A DNA stretch of 64,000 bases from Tubiluchus corallicola (taxonomy: Eukaryota > Animalia > Priapulida). The notes under the pieces were generated by a model that was not told the DNA's origin, did no database searches, and saw only the letters and a list, made by a program, of their open reading frames with translations. The position numbers were made by a program, and so were the translations under genes. This document shows positions 41,401 to 52,757 of the stretch, in pieces (within the stretch, counting starts at the first letter, position 1; each line of letters opens with the position of its first letter). The stretch lies in assembly GCA_030141605.1 (NCBI GenBank), contig JAQGDQ010000443.1, positions 131,631 to 195,630 on the forward strand. The letters run 5' to 3'.

Positions 41401-44400
41401 TCGTGTTTCTTCCCTAGCACATCATACATACATATTTACACCAAAAGTTCACGCGTGCATCATAAAGATACGTACATTACAAGATATACAATATTTACGT
41501 ATTTCAAAAAATTAAAGAAAGTATTCAAGTTGAACTTGACTAGTATTTATGATATGCTAAAGGCACGCAATTAAGATTATTATTTATAATGTTAACATAT
41601 ATGTTACAATAATAAAAAGGATACAAATACATAGAAACAGCACAGAAGCACAGCAAGTAAAAACACACCCCCTGTGTTTTTTTTAATTGCTGTAACTTCC
41701 TTGTTGTTCATAATCGTATCCTATTAAAGTGTGCATGATAACTTTAAGTGCTAACAATATAAAAAAGTTCTCAAAAATTAGCATTAGTAACTGTGATCTT
41801 TTTTCTTTTTTTGCCTAAAAATAAGACCAGTTTGAGAAGTTAGGTTTTGCTCCTTCCTTAATTTTTCGAATTTTTTCATTAATTTTCACCCTTCATATCA
41901 TTAAGAATTAAATTTGTGCTATAAAAATCATTATTATTATTTCATTTTTTAACGTAAAATAAATATGTTTCACTTATGTGCCTTTTACTAATTAAACGCT
42001 AGACGTATTATAAATAACTTCCAACATTACCTCTTTTAACTCTTGCAATATTTCTCGAGTTAAGTAAATGTACGGTTTATTAACTTTCTTAATGGCGACT
42101 ATGTCTCCTTTGTAACGACCCACTGTGATAAACATCTTGTGATCGATTAGTGAACCTGAGTTAGAGTTTCTACCCGCAGCGTTTCTTCGAGATGTCGTAT
42201 CGCTTTCCTACAATGAAATATATTTTACAAAGATACGTTTAATAATGGAATAGCTGAGCTGTCTTTAAGGCTATTAAAATTACTGTACTGAAAACAGGCT
42301 CAAATTAATTTGATAGTATTTGACAATAGCTAAACCAGCAATTTAGGAAACGTGACATCAAGAACAATTTGACATTAGTTACCTCATTTAAGCGCATTTG
42401 CAAACATTAAATGAACCTATGTTCGGGATATGCAATACGCTAAGAATAATGATATAAGTTTTAAGACATTTAAAAACTAATTGTATGATAGACGTTAAAT
42501 ACAAGCCGGTAATTAATTAAATTTTGATCAAAATAAAAAATTAATTTAGTTAGTTGTAATCTCTCTAGTCTGGAAATGTAGAATTTCCAACAATGGAAAT
42601 GTTGAGTTTGGTTGGCCAGCTATAAAAGAATGAATTTTGGATTACTGGGAAATGCGGTAATCTAGTTCTCCAATGCATGTACATTATGTAATCAGGATTG
42701 CATGTCGTTTCGCCAGTTATTTTTGTGCCAATCTACTTTTTCGCTACTCTACTTTTTAACCAGTCTTCTTTTTCGCCAGTCTACTATTTCGCCTGTCCAC
42801 TTTTTCGCCAGTTTACTTTTTCGCCAGTCCTCTTTTTCGCCAGCCCCTTTTTCACTAGTCTATCTTTTCGTCAGTGTAATATGATTTTAATGTTAAAACA
42901 ATGAAAACTTAACTTACCTATATGTATTGTGAATGCTTTGTGAACAGAAGATATAAGTCTTACAGAGTCGTGCCATATATCATTAGATTCGCAGTGAAAT
43001 GAAGAATCTGATGCACTGCGTCAAAATCGCGAGTCCAGTTTTGTTTAGCCAGAAAACGGCAATAAAAAGGATGTCCGGTCGAAAATTTAACATTTAGAAT
43101 CTGCTGTTGTTTTCGTTCTGCGATGTTTAGTTATCGAGATACGCATCTTTTAGGAATAACTCAACAACTAGACAGGGCTATTCCACCAAATTTGGTGTGC
43201 TTGTAGGGTAGAGAGACACCTTAATTTATAATCTCGGGTCGCGACCCTTTGACTTGCCAGAGTTATGACCCGAAATCGTCAAAATTCGTCTACATTTGAG
43301 AAGCAATTACTCCTACAAGAAGCGCCACCTACCAAAATGGCGAGGGGTGGTGATTGGTCGATCAATTCTCTATCAATAGTGCGCACATAGCCGCTACGCC
43401 CATTTTTCTGGACCCATGTCAGTACCATACTTATACTTATATATAGCAGGTATTGACATGATTTCCTTTAAATGCTCTCCGAACGGAAGCCGTGAGTCGC
43501 ACAGAGACGTACCATATATCATTAGATTAGCAATGAAACGTAATATAAGATGTGCTGTGCTGAAAATTTTTCCTCTATTTTTGTTTAACCGAAAATAACC
43601 GAAATTTGGCAAATGGGATAAACGAGATGTTTCCTTTATTGACTAACACTGAAAATAGAACTGTCCTTGTGTTACTAGTGGTAGAGTTGGCGTTTTTTGA
43701 GAATTTAAATATGATTGAAATTTTATAAAGTTTCAGTACTGTCATAGTGAGGGTTTTCTTTTCGTTGTTGCCAAATAATGCAGGTGATGACGAGGTGGCG
43801 GGTCAAAGGGTCACGACCCAAAAGTGTGTGCTTAGATACGCTAGTTACAAGCACGCAAAATTTGGTGGAATAGCTCTGCCTTGTTTTTGAGTTATTCTAA
43901 AAAGATGCGTATCTTAGAAATTAAGCATTGTAGAGCGAAAAATTTACCAGATTCTGAATGTTCACATACTCGGTATATAACATCTTACTTATCGCCATTT
44001 TAAAGTTAAACGAAATTCGACTGTCTATTGCGATATAATACATCTTATTCTACATTTCCTTGCGAATCGAATGATGTATAGCATACATCTGCATGACTTA
44101 TGGCTTCCTTTCACAGAGCGATTAAAGGAAACAATACAATTTTTGCAATTGTCGTATACGTTAAGTATATTAAGCATAGTACACACAATGGCATGTTTAA
44201 GGCCCCGTAAAACAGCAGCGGATCAGCGTTCGACAAAACTGAGCCGGTTACTGATAGCCAAGGCACAATATTTTTTCCGTTTGAATAGATGGCGCTTCTT
44301 GTAGGAGTAACTGCTTCTCAATAATAAACGTATTTCGACGATTTTAGGGTCATAACTCAGGCAGGTCAAGCAAAGGGTCAGGCCGGTCGAAATTGTAAGT

Positions 44401-47400
44401 TAAGATGGCCCTCTAAGCTAGGTACAAGCACAGAATTTGGTAAAATAGCCCTGTCTAGTTTTTTAGTTATTCTAAAAACATGCGTATTTCGGAAACTAAA
44501 CATCGCAGGACGAAAATAACAGCAGATTCTGAATTTTAAATTTTCGACAGGACATCCTTTTTTTGCCGTTTTCTGGCTAAACAAAATTGGACTCGCAGCT
44601 TTGACGCAGTGCACCAGATTCCTGATTTCATTGCGAATTCAATGACATAGACTGGCGAAAAAGTGGACTGGCGAAAAAATAGACAGGCGAAAAAGAGGAC
44701 TGGCGAAAAAGTGGACTGGCGAAAAAGTAGACTGGCGAAAAATTAGACTGGCGAAAAAGAAGACTGACGAAAAAGTGGACTGGCGAAAAAGTAGACTAGC
44801 GAAAATGAAGACTGACGAAAAAGTTGAATGGCGAAAAGATAACTGGCGAAGTAGGGGAGGGGATTACTTGTAAGCAGACGGTTCCTGGTTCAAATCGATC
44901 CTGGCTCTATTCCAACTTTTCCGCATTTCCTGTCTTTCGAGATTTAAATTAATTGTAGGGTTTGTGCCATCATTAATAATAATGATATACAATTGTTGTA
45001 TAACAAAAATACACAAAGATTATAATAATTAAATTTATGATTGTTAAAAAGGCAGATGGCTTGCAAGCATTATCGTTTTGCAAACCAGATGTATATGAAG
45101 TATGCCCCGACTAACTTAAGATTAATAAGAAAAAATGGTGAAAAAAACCAGACCAGTTTACTCCACTTGCTTCCAAACTTGGAGGATTGTGCAGAATATA
45201 CTGATCGCTGCTCCGAAAATGTGAGATCATCAAATTTGATTTTCCATAAATTACTCATGATATCTCGTTCGTACTTGCGTGATCTGCATTAAATGTAAAG
45301 AACGTAAAGGATTAAAATTGTGGAAATCGTCGTAGGCATGGAAATCTGATTGATCTTTCCGCAATCTGCATTGAACGAAAATTTCGTTATTTCACATGAA
45401 TGGATCTTACCTGTAAATAATGATGGAAAGGCCTATTAGCAACACAGCTCCACAAAGTACTGTAACCACAGTAACTATTCTGTATTCTACTGTAATTAAA
45501 AACAAAATTTTTTATAGAAATCAGCATAATAATTGAAATTTTATCCATGCATTTACATTGTGAAGTAGCCAGCTGCCTCCATCGAAAGATAATGTAGCAG
45601 ATAAGATGAAAATTACCAGAATTTTGCAAATAATCAAAAGCAAAAAACGTTGATCGCAAACATGGAATTTCTGTACAAAAAAATCGTTGCGAATATTGCT
45701 TTTAACTTATCCGAGCTACGAAAGCTTTCATTTTAAGCAGCTAATGTGACAATGAATCGCACGTCGTAGATAATATAGGCCTGTCCTACACTACAGTTCA
45801 TGTTCATAAAGAATTTGCTTGTTATGCGAGTGGACGGCGTGTATATTAACGTCGCATTGTCGAAGGTAGGTACTATCGAAAGTAGATATTATTGAAAAGG
45901 ATTGTGGTAATTAGTGTAACAGGGTGAAAACTTAGACATCCTATTTCGCTAGTTGTTTGCTGTAATGTGAAGGTGAAAGTTTTCATTTTTGCTCATTAGA
46001 CATTTACGGACTTGCCTCCTAAAAGCAGCAAGGAAGGCATTTTTAATGTCAAGCTCATATCATAACTATGTCCCACACCTATTTCAACCCAATATACGCG
46101 ACAGACGGAAAAATATTAGTAACGAGGTACAGCCTGCGAAAGTTGCCGTGATTGCAGATACCGTGACGTCACTGGTATCACGAGCTATGCTACTACATTA
46201 TTACAGCGTGGTTAAATTTTCTACTTTCTGGTCATTCCTGATCTTACATTACGAAAGCATAACGTACATTTCCCTTTAATTTGCACATGCAATCGTGAAC
46301 AATCGACGACCGTTGATAGATCGACAAATCAAATTAGTGATGTATGAAAGCAGAAAAAAATATTTTGTTCGGTTCATGGCTTATTTCGTTATAGCTGCAG
46401 TTTAATAAGTAAATTGATTGCCTCCTTATTTGACATATTCCAATATTATTTCATTTTTGCCGTGTAAAGTTTTTCATCAGTTTTTAAATATGATATGGTA
46501 TTCAGCAATGTGAAAACTACATTTTGACACCCTAGTCGTATTTTGCATTCAGTGCTGCTTTAATAAGCAAATCAACTTTGCTATTGGCTTTGTCCAGAAT
46601 TGCTAAATCAGATTCTATGATTTGTAGATTACAGGATAGTCTGTGTATGTTAGAGATGTTTTTGCATCTGCGTTCTCTCAGGCTAAGTTGTCTGCTAGTT
46701 TGGCCAATGAAAGATTTGTCACATCCATGACACTGAAATTCGTAGATAAATTATTTTAAATGTAATTTAGAAGAGATCATTTTTCTTGATTCTCAGAACA
46801 GAGTATATTAATGACCTGTTCTCTGAAAATGAAAAACAACATGAACGTGTTGATTTTGTAAAAATTTGAGATACACAGATTTACTGTCCTGTCGAAGTAA
46901 ACGAAATCTGTGGAAAAAACTGATTGTTCTATAAATTCAGAATCTATTGTGTTCTCAGAACGTTTTGATGTAACGATCACAAGAAATGGAATTGTTTTTT
47001 ACATATTCGTTAATCAGGTGCTCAAGTCCATATGCAGAACTATTCTGCCAGCTTCTGAAAATACTAAAAGATTGGCGTAACAGTATGCCTGATTTTAGAT
47101 AAACAAACAATATCATAATTAACATACATAGTGCCTCTTAAACAAGAATAACGGCTAATAGTGAGTTTATTGGAAATATGTCATATTACCAGCCGTACAT
47201 TGGAATGTATGTCATATGTCATTTTGGTCCAGAAGGACCAGCATTAGGGTTACAACAACGCTCACAGTGATTTATTTTAATTTTTGGCAGACATTAGCTA
47301 CGAAAGCTAAATTCTAGAGGGTTATAGAGAAAAAATTACCTCATTGAAATCAAAATCATTTAAATGCTAGAAAGACTGTAAAAGATTTCACCCGAGTCGC

Positions 47401-50400
47401 GTACCACTTTGACAGATTACAAAACACAAATTCTTGTTAGGTATAGTTATAACTGTAAGCAATTGTTCTAATGTGTGTTTAGATGATAAGTTTTATTATC
47501 ATCTAGCAGACTGGACTGGCGTATTATGTAGTTTTACCTGCAAGCTCTTCCTGGCAAAATTCTAGATTCCAACCGCATGCAGGTACGCCAAGTGGAATTT
47601 CTGTCCGACCCGATGGCCAAACAATAGAAACGTTCTCATAAAATGATATGTTCTGCTCCCTAAAATTAAGAAATATAAACCAATTTTACCACATTTCAGT
47701 ACTAAAAGCGGTACAATGATTATTAGTTAGAACTGGAAATATTTTAATTAAGAAACTGCTTAATTAAAATAAATAACTAGTTTTTAGTTTGCAACGGATG
47801 CATTTGCCTTTAGCAGTTGTGTGAAATTTTATTCTCATGCTGCGGTGTTCTTATATGCTTTTATGTTTATGAATATCGATTTTTTTATTGTTTTATTGGC
47901 AAATAAAGATTATATATATATATATATAAGTACAATTAAATTTTTACCTGTGTAGTAGCTGCCCGACAGCGATTCTACTTTCGTTTCGTATGTTGTAAAG
48001 GACAAAATTTGGCACACGGTCTCCATTTTCATCTAAGACGACTAGACCTGCTTCATCTATTTACGAACAAATTTGATTTACTTAAGTCATCCAGTAACTA
48101 CAGCTTCAGGATATTTGTATCATTTATTATTTGCAGTGAACACATTAAACTTAGTGGTGAAATAATAAGACTCACCACTGTAATTATTTGAACAAAATAA
48201 ATATCTTTTCATGCATTGTAATTAGCAAAACTGTTTACTGTTATATTTGCAGAAGTCTAGAAACGTTTCTCCTTTGCCTCTTTTCAGTTAGTACTGTAGA
48301 AGATCGTTAAAACAACAGGTTTTAAAAACCACTAAGAGTAATCAGGCATGCTGACACAAAGAACACTAATTCATCATCACATTCTGGATGAAAACTGCAA
48401 ACTTCCAGAGTAGTGGAATGAACTTTTAATCAACATTTCCCAAAATGTTCTTCGTGGTTCTCAGAATCTCTTGTTTTGTTGTTTTAATAATTTTCCACGT
48501 TTACTGAAGAGAGACAGATGAAAACGTTTCAAGACTTTAGTAATTATACAAATAAACCTGCGAAATTGTTATGCATGAAAAGAGGTTTGTTTTCTTGAAA
48601 AGCGTTACTGAAATTTTATGTTCCTGCTCATTATTATTATAATAATATTATATTATTATATTAGAATAATTATGTTGTCTCATGTTGAGCTAGAGCACAT
48701 CAACACGTTTTATTACATTCGGCTTCTGCAATCTGAAGCGCAGCATTCAACAGCAAAACTGCCAGGATCTACTTAATGATGAGTAGGCATCCTCTATTGT
48801 CATGACCGGAATCTGGTTCATTATGAACGCACATCCTCTAATGCGACGGATTGATTAGCAGGCGTTCTTAATACATACTCCCAAAACAAGATGAACAACC
48901 AGAGCAGCTACCCATTCATAAATTTACCAGTTTCAACATTGTTTAACTTTGGTTGCGACCACAGTCGGCTATTAAAATCGCCTTGTATGTAGTTAAATAC
49001 TTTATCAGTTGACGCAGATCTTTGATTAAGGCAAAACTATGTCAGCAGTTCGATAACCAACTATTCTAAGTGCTTATTTTTTGAGAAAAAGACACTTTGT
49101 GGAATTGTTACCCCACCAACAATTTGAACCTGCGACCTTCTGATTAGAACTTGAAAGCAAGTTTTTTAATTCTAACTTGCCTGAAACAGTCGACATTGAC
49201 CATTTTTATATCATCATTAAGAGTCAATGTTTAATGAGATTACCTTGAAATGATGTGGTGTACAGAAGTTCTAAAATTCTTTTTGTAATATTGTTTCCTT
49301 CATATCCCTCGGACAACGTTTTGTTCAACGCATGCGCATAAAGCAAAATAGCTTGACGCAAAAACGATGAAAATGCGCTTTTCTTCTTCTACAAAACAAA
49401 GAAAAATACCTGTGATTACATGTCAAATAATTACTATGTTCATATGTTAAAATACGTGTTAATACAGTGTTGATATATTAAATTGCACTGCAAATTAAAA
49501 AGTTCGCCATACAGAGAATAGTAATTGCATGAAGTCTCAGGCTATAAGAGTAAAGTGCCAGCATGGCTACACGTTTGCATTTCTAAAATACAAAACAACA
49601 ATAACTGCATTTAGAACCATAGACTACGATGAAGATTTTTATCTTGTGGTCCAAAAAATTCTGCCCGACATAAAAATGTGATTATGAACTTAGAAAGTCA
49701 AAGATCACAGTAACTGTGAACAAGAAGAAAAGAAACACTGGAATAAAACTAAACACATTCATGGGTTTATTTCTGCAGCAAAAAATTATACTAAAGTTGC
49801 AATAAACACTGTCATGAGTTTATTTCTGCAGGAAAAATACCCTGAAACTACAGCGAACGCATCATGAGTTTATTTCTGCAGAAAAATACCCTGAAACTAC
49901 AGCGAATGCATCATGAGTTTATTTCTGCAGGAAAATACACTGAAGCTGCAGTAAACACAACCACGAGTTTAGTTCAACAGGAAAATACACTGAGGCTGCA
50001 GTGAACGCATCATGAGTTTATTTCTGTAGGAATATACACCGAAGCTGCAGTAAACACAACCATGAGTTTATTTAGCAGAAAAATACACTGAAACTGCAGT
50101 AAATACATTCATGAGTTTAGTTCAACAGGAAAATACGCTGAAGCTGCAGTGAACGCAATCATGAGTATATTTCTGCAGACAAATGCGCTTAAACTGCAGT
50201 AAACATAACCATGGGTTTATTTCTCCAAAAAATGCACTAATAGTCTTTTGAAAAGAAAGAGAGAAGTGTTAGTAAGTGATGTTCAATAGACACATCCTAC
50301 AGAATTCTCAACTTTATCAAAAAAGCCAAACACAACATTGTGCCATATAAAAACATACTGACCTTTGATTTATTGTCTCTTAAGCATAATAAAAGTCTTG

Positions 50401-52016
50401 TCTGTAACAGGCAACTAAACACACATAATGAATGAACACATGAGCATATTACTAAATATATTTATCAAGAATTAGTGAACACCCAGAACTTTTACATCTA
50501 TCCCTTGAGCAAATAGCTGTAAAGGCACACTGGACTGTTGTTAACTTAAGGAGGGTCTTAGAAGCTCTTTCGATGCTTTGCCGTCCCCGATAAAATTAGT
50601 TTATCAATTGCCTTTTAGCGAAGTGTTGCACTCCGACTTGGAACCCTTATTTATCAAAATATCTTGATTTGGTTGAAAATGCTCAGCGGTATTTCACTCG
50701 CAATCTATTTTCTCGGTGCAGTCTTAGCAGCATACCCTGACCGATTAGCATTTTTAAATCTTGAGCCACTTTGACAACGTGTATCCTATATTACATGGAG
50801 AGAGTGTTATTGACAAAGAAGACTAAGATTCATTATTTAGAAAAACACCATTATCTAATGTAAATATGGGTCACTCCTTGAAGTTACAGCCTACGCAATG
50901 CCAACTGGATTGTTTAAAATTTTTTACTTCAAACAGATAAATAAATCTGGAATTAACTCCCTGATTCAGTCGGCGGCGTCCCTTTGGTTTGTACTCAGAG
51001 AAACAAACTTAAAAAAATTTAAAATATGTAAATTTTAATAATCCTTTATCTTTTAGCAGGCTCCTGAGATAGTAGCCTTGGCTCTTTGGTAATCTCTTAA
51101 CTAGCCCGTTTAATACCTGTAGAATTTATATGTGCGCTGTACGTGCGTTTTATCCTGCTTTCATATTTTATAATTTCTTGTAAAATTTTAATAAATTTAA
51201 TATTTTTAATAAAGTTACATATTAAATAAATTAATAAATTAAATAAAATAATGAATCAGCACGTTTTCATAAAAGTTCGGGTCTGGTTAAAGCCCTCCCA
51301 AAATAATCAATAATCCAGTGTGTCTTATACAGCTATATGCTTAAATGACACATGCAAAAAATTTCTGGGTGTTCACTAATCATTGACAGAGAATGTAGCG
51401 GATATTACATTCTCAGTCCTTGATGAACACATTTTGCTACTGAACTCGTGTGTGGGTACTCCTTCTATTCTTTCCATTCATTGTGTGTGTTTGTTGCCTG
51501 TTTTCAAGTTTTCATACATCACGAAATTATGTTTGACTTTATTAATAACGTGACATGCAGTTTTTGAAAACCAACCATATTATTTCGTATGTGATCTTCA
51601 GCTTTACTCTGAAATGTTTGAATGTCGATAACACCTGTATAAAAAAAGATTAAATAAAGTCATTTTCAGAATTGTTGCGCACATAGTGCCATTCACTCTT
51701 TAGAGAAGTATTTTATTCATAAAAAGCAGCATTAATGCTTAATCGTTTAAATTAATTTGATTGTCCATAATTACAATTTTTATGTTTTTTAAACTTCATT
51801 TACAAATATTCACTTCTAAGTTTTATTTGTAAACGGAACTATTATTACCCTCATAAAGATAAAGTCTCTCTTTTAGTTCAGTAGATATGTTTAGTGTTTG
51901 CTGATAAGGCTTCAGGAACATGTTAAAAGCAAAGATGGCGTACTGGTCCTGTAGTCGACCTCCAAACATGTGCATGAATTGCGTTACTTCATCCAAATGC
52001 GCAAAAAATACAATTA
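18784..52016 (-). CDS. Receptor (membrane) guanylyl cyclase, NPR/speract-receptor-like; multi-exon, 5' part not located
   Basis: 20 exons with GT-AG boundaries and matching phases, 2498 nt in total. Motifs: [10 protein letters not shown] and DENGDR (ectodomain), WPSG..P...P.CGW...C (juxtamembrane), TM helix, VAIK / HGSLKSSN / DMG / WIAPE (kinase-homology domain), [16 protein letters not shown] (hinge), [29 protein letters not shown] and TYWL (cyclase). Confidence 0.96.
19072..19157. repeat. (TAG)n(TTG)n microsatellite
   Basis: Read directly. Confidence 0.97.
20314..20418. repeat. 53-bp tandem duplication
   Basis: taagaccaggtga(c/t)gtgcaaaat(a/g)tgtct(g/a)cttataaatttgcagg at 20320 and 20373. 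Confidence 0.92.
21100..21191 (-). CDS. rGC exon, cyclase ([31 protein letters not shown])
   Basis: ttttag acceptor, gttagt donor, 92 nt. Not in the supplied ORF track. Confidence 0.96.
23165..23553. repeat. (TATAA)n microsatellite with an internal (TA)n
   Basis: Read directly. Confidence 0.98.
23888..24007. repeat. 48-50-bp tandem repeat, about 2.4 copies
   Basis: gttgccacgatgattttcattaa...ttggatagtaacaaa repeated. Confidence 0.85.
26075..26173 (-). CDS. rGC exon, cyclase ([33 protein letters not shown])
   Basis: tttcag acceptor, gtttgt donor, 99 nt. RYCLFG guanylyl-cyclase signature. Confidence 0.98.
27474..27665. mobile_element. PIF/Harbinger-derived (Tourist-like) MITE
   Basis: Imperfect TIRs TGGTGCGTTCAGTCGT / ACGTCTGAACGTGCCA extend into inverted caacttgttgcgcaact arms. 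TAA flanks both ends (27471-27473 and 27666-27668). Confidence 0.82.
28280..28309. repeat. Perfect 12-bp hairpin TATACTAGTCAC-N6-GTGACTAGTATA
   Basis: Read directly. Possibly a transposon terminus relic. Confidence 0.7.
29896..30070 (-). CDS. rGC exon, cyclase ([15 protein letters not shown]...LRIGIHS)
   Basis: tacag acceptor, gtaagg donor, 175 nt. Guanine-specifying Glu and second metal-binding Asp present. Confidence 0.98.
30716..30784 (-). CDS. rGC exon, cyclase ([23 protein letters not shown])
   Basis: tttcag acceptor, gtaaca donor, 69 nt. Confidence 0.97.
33207..33558. mobile_element. MITE with GGCCCATTTTACACA / TGTGTGAAAAGGCC terminal inverted repeats
   Basis: TIRs seen directly. A related inverted copy lies at 35150-35819. 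Confidence 0.75.
33839..33962 (-). CDS. rGC exon, cyclase (SVAEDLK...[12 protein letters not shown]...STPLE)
   Basis: ttgcag acceptor, gtgagt donor, 124 nt. First metal-binding Asp present. Confidence 0.97.
34441..34581 (-). CDS. rGC exon, coiled-coil hinge ([25 protein letters not shown]...LLHRMLP)
   Basis: attag acceptor, gtggtt donor, 141 nt. Confidence 0.96.
35150..35819. mobile_element. Inverted, interrupted copy of the 33207-33558 MITE
   Basis: 35680-35819 matches the reverse complement of 33206-33357, and 35155-35235 matches the reverse complement of about 33400-33500. Confidence 0.72.
36431..36605 (-). CDS. rGC exon, end of kinase-homology domain (PPFRP...[13 protein letters not shown])
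   Basis: tactag acceptor, gtaact donor, 175 nt. Confidence 0.95.
37142..37285 (-). CDS. rGC exon, kinase-homology domain (LFWIAPEHL...[21 protein letters not shown])
   Basis: tttcag acceptor, gtactt donor, 144 nt. Not in the supplied ORF track. Confidence 0.95.
38030..38195 (-). CDS. rGC exon, kinase-homology domain (GMAYLH...[23 protein letters not shown])
   Basis: accag acceptor, gtactg donor, 166 nt. Pseudokinase catalytic loop lacking the HRD aspartate. Confidence 0.96.
38445..38650. mobile_element. Short hairpin-type MITE
   Basis: aaaacttca...cttcggaagcttcttctgccactggcaaat is inverted to atttggcaatggcagaagaggctgccgaag...tgaagtttt. Confidence 0.65.
38984..39160 (-). CDS. rGC exon, kinase-homology domain ([13 protein letters not shown]...[11 protein letters not shown]...DIAK)
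   Basis: gcag acceptor, gtaatg donor, 177 nt. Confidence 0.96.
42031..42207 (-). CDS. rGC exon, start of kinase-homology domain ([16 protein letters not shown]...ELKE)
   Basis: tgtag acceptor, gtaatg donor, 177 nt, VAIK motif. Confidence 0.93.
42709..44850. mobile_element. Fold-back: inverted arrays of a 16-bp unit (GACTGGCGAAAAAGTG) enclosing ~350-bp inverted arms
   Basis: Arrays at 42709-42876 and 44648-44850 with ends TTCGCCAGTTAT / ATAACTGGCGAA. Arms at 42981-43331 and 44287-44644, and a third diverged arm copy at about 43800-44086. Confidence 0.85.
45154..45283 (-). CDS. rGC exon, intracellular juxtamembrane ([20 protein letters not shown]...)
   Basis: aatgcag acceptor and LWKI..DD motif. 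The donor is ambiguous; I used the phase-0 gtctgg after 45154. Confidence 0.85.
45411..45489 (-). CDS. rGC exon, transmembrane helix ([22 protein letters not shown])
   Basis: cag acceptor (tandem CAGTAG), gtaaga donor, 79 nt. A hydrophobic run of about 22 residues is followed by RSRK in the next exon. Confidence 0.92.
47538..47659 (-). CDS. rGC exon, juxtamembrane ([24 protein letters not shown])
   Basis: ttttag acceptor, gtaaaa donor, 122 nt. Conserved WP-G-P-P-CG-C juxtamembrane motif. Confidence 0.92.
47948..48056 (-). CDS. rGC exon, ectodomain ([21 protein letters not shown]...)
   Basis: G.V..D.NGDR motif, gtaaaa donor. Exon starts at 48056; an in-frame alternative acceptor gives a start at 48047. 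Confidence 0.88.
48195..48595. mobile_element. MITE with ~90-bp imperfect inverted ends
   Basis: tcttttcatgcat...aagtctagaaacgttt...ctcttttcagt is inverted to actgaagag...aaacgtttcaagactt...atgcatgaaaaga. Confidence 0.65.
49244..49388 (-). CDS. rGC exon, ectodomain ([22 protein letters not shown]...SFQ)
   Basis: ttttgtag acceptor, gtaatc donor, 145 nt. LYA.ALN.TL motif typical of receptor GC ectodomains. Confidence 0.9.
49740..50236. repeat. 49-50-bp minisatellite, about 10 copies
   Basis: Unit catgagtttatttctgcaggaaaatacactgaagctgcagtaaacacaac starting at about 49760, 49813, 49863, 49912, 49962, 50011, 50061, 50110, 50160 and 50210. Confidence 0.95.
50363..50401 (-). CDS. Candidate 39-nt rGC exon ([13 protein letters not shown])
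   Basis: ctgttacag acceptor, gtcagt donor, phase 0-0, no stop. It is not required for frame, so it is optional. Confidence 0.4.
50406..51502. repeat. Dispersed inverted repeat pair spanning one intron
   Basis: 50471-50488 is the exact reverse complement of 51363-51380, and 50406-50434 nearly matches the reverse complement of 51475-51502. Confidence 0.75.
51576..51634 (-). CDS. rGC exon, ectodomain ([20 protein letters not shown])
   Basis: ttttttatacag acceptor, gttggt donor, 59 nt, phase 1-0. Supplies the phase needed between its neighbours. Confidence 0.6.
51849..52016 (-). CDS. rGC exon, ectodomain ([33 protein letters not shown]...LYE)
   Basis: tttcag acceptor, gtaata donor, 168 nt, phase 1-1. 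Hydrophobic pattern fits the receptor ligand-binding fold. Confidence 0.7.
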
Positions 52017-52299
52017 CTGAAACATAGAAACAATTCACCAACTCTAAATAATTGAGTTTTTATAAAATAAAAAGTTAGAAGCACCTTACAATAACAAAAC
52101 TTGATAGTATATTAAATTTGATAAACGTTTTTATCACACTAAATGATTATCACTGTTGATCCTACACGTGTTGTTAGAAGACAATAAACAGAAAAAGAAG
52201 TTACATGAATATAAAAGTGAATATTTAAAGACTAATTTGCTGTACTAGTGTTATACGTTTTTGCACATTATAAGTCAAAATTTGCACTTCGTAATTTGC

Positions 52300-52757
52300 A
52301 CTTCAATCTGAGTGGATGCCCGTCTTTTGCGGAATCAGACAGGGCAGTTTCCTGGTTCCAGGTTTGTTTTTTTTGTTTCATCAATGATCTACCAGATAGC
52401 ATTTCATCTATTTTATTGAATTTTTTGCTGATGATACGAAACTATTACGTCAGTTTGTGTCTCTGATGATTACCAAGTTCTGCAGGTTAACAAACTGTTT
52501 AAACATCTCGTGTTGTGTGGCTCAGATCATGATTACTGGACTGTTTAATATTTCATACAACAGAGAAAAAAAATATCTTAGTTGATAATCAGTTAAAGTT
52601 TCAGCACATATTAACCAGCAAGTTTGCAAAGGCAAACTCTGCATTGCTGACTTATTTGTCTATCTCATAATGTACTTGGATGCTGATTGTATAAAGTGAC
52701 TTTTAAATGTTTTGATGAGACAACACTTAGAATATGCAACATGCGTTTGGAGACCCG
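52300..52757 (+). mobile_element. Decayed CR1/L2-type LINE reverse transcriptase fragment
   Basis: Frame-broken GIRQGSFL.P, FINDLPDSISS, FADDTKL, KANS and HLEYATCVWRP motifs. Confidence 0.8.

Noticed and set aside
42918-42935. Possible rGC micro-exon before a strong gtaagt donor
   Set aside because: In the phase required by the next exon it ends in TAG.
49110-49150. tRNA-like B-box segments (also near 1215, 4925-4940 and 20130-20215)
   Set aside because: Only partial T-arm or anticodon-like words with no full cloverleaf. At most they are SINE or tRNA relics, not tRNA genes.
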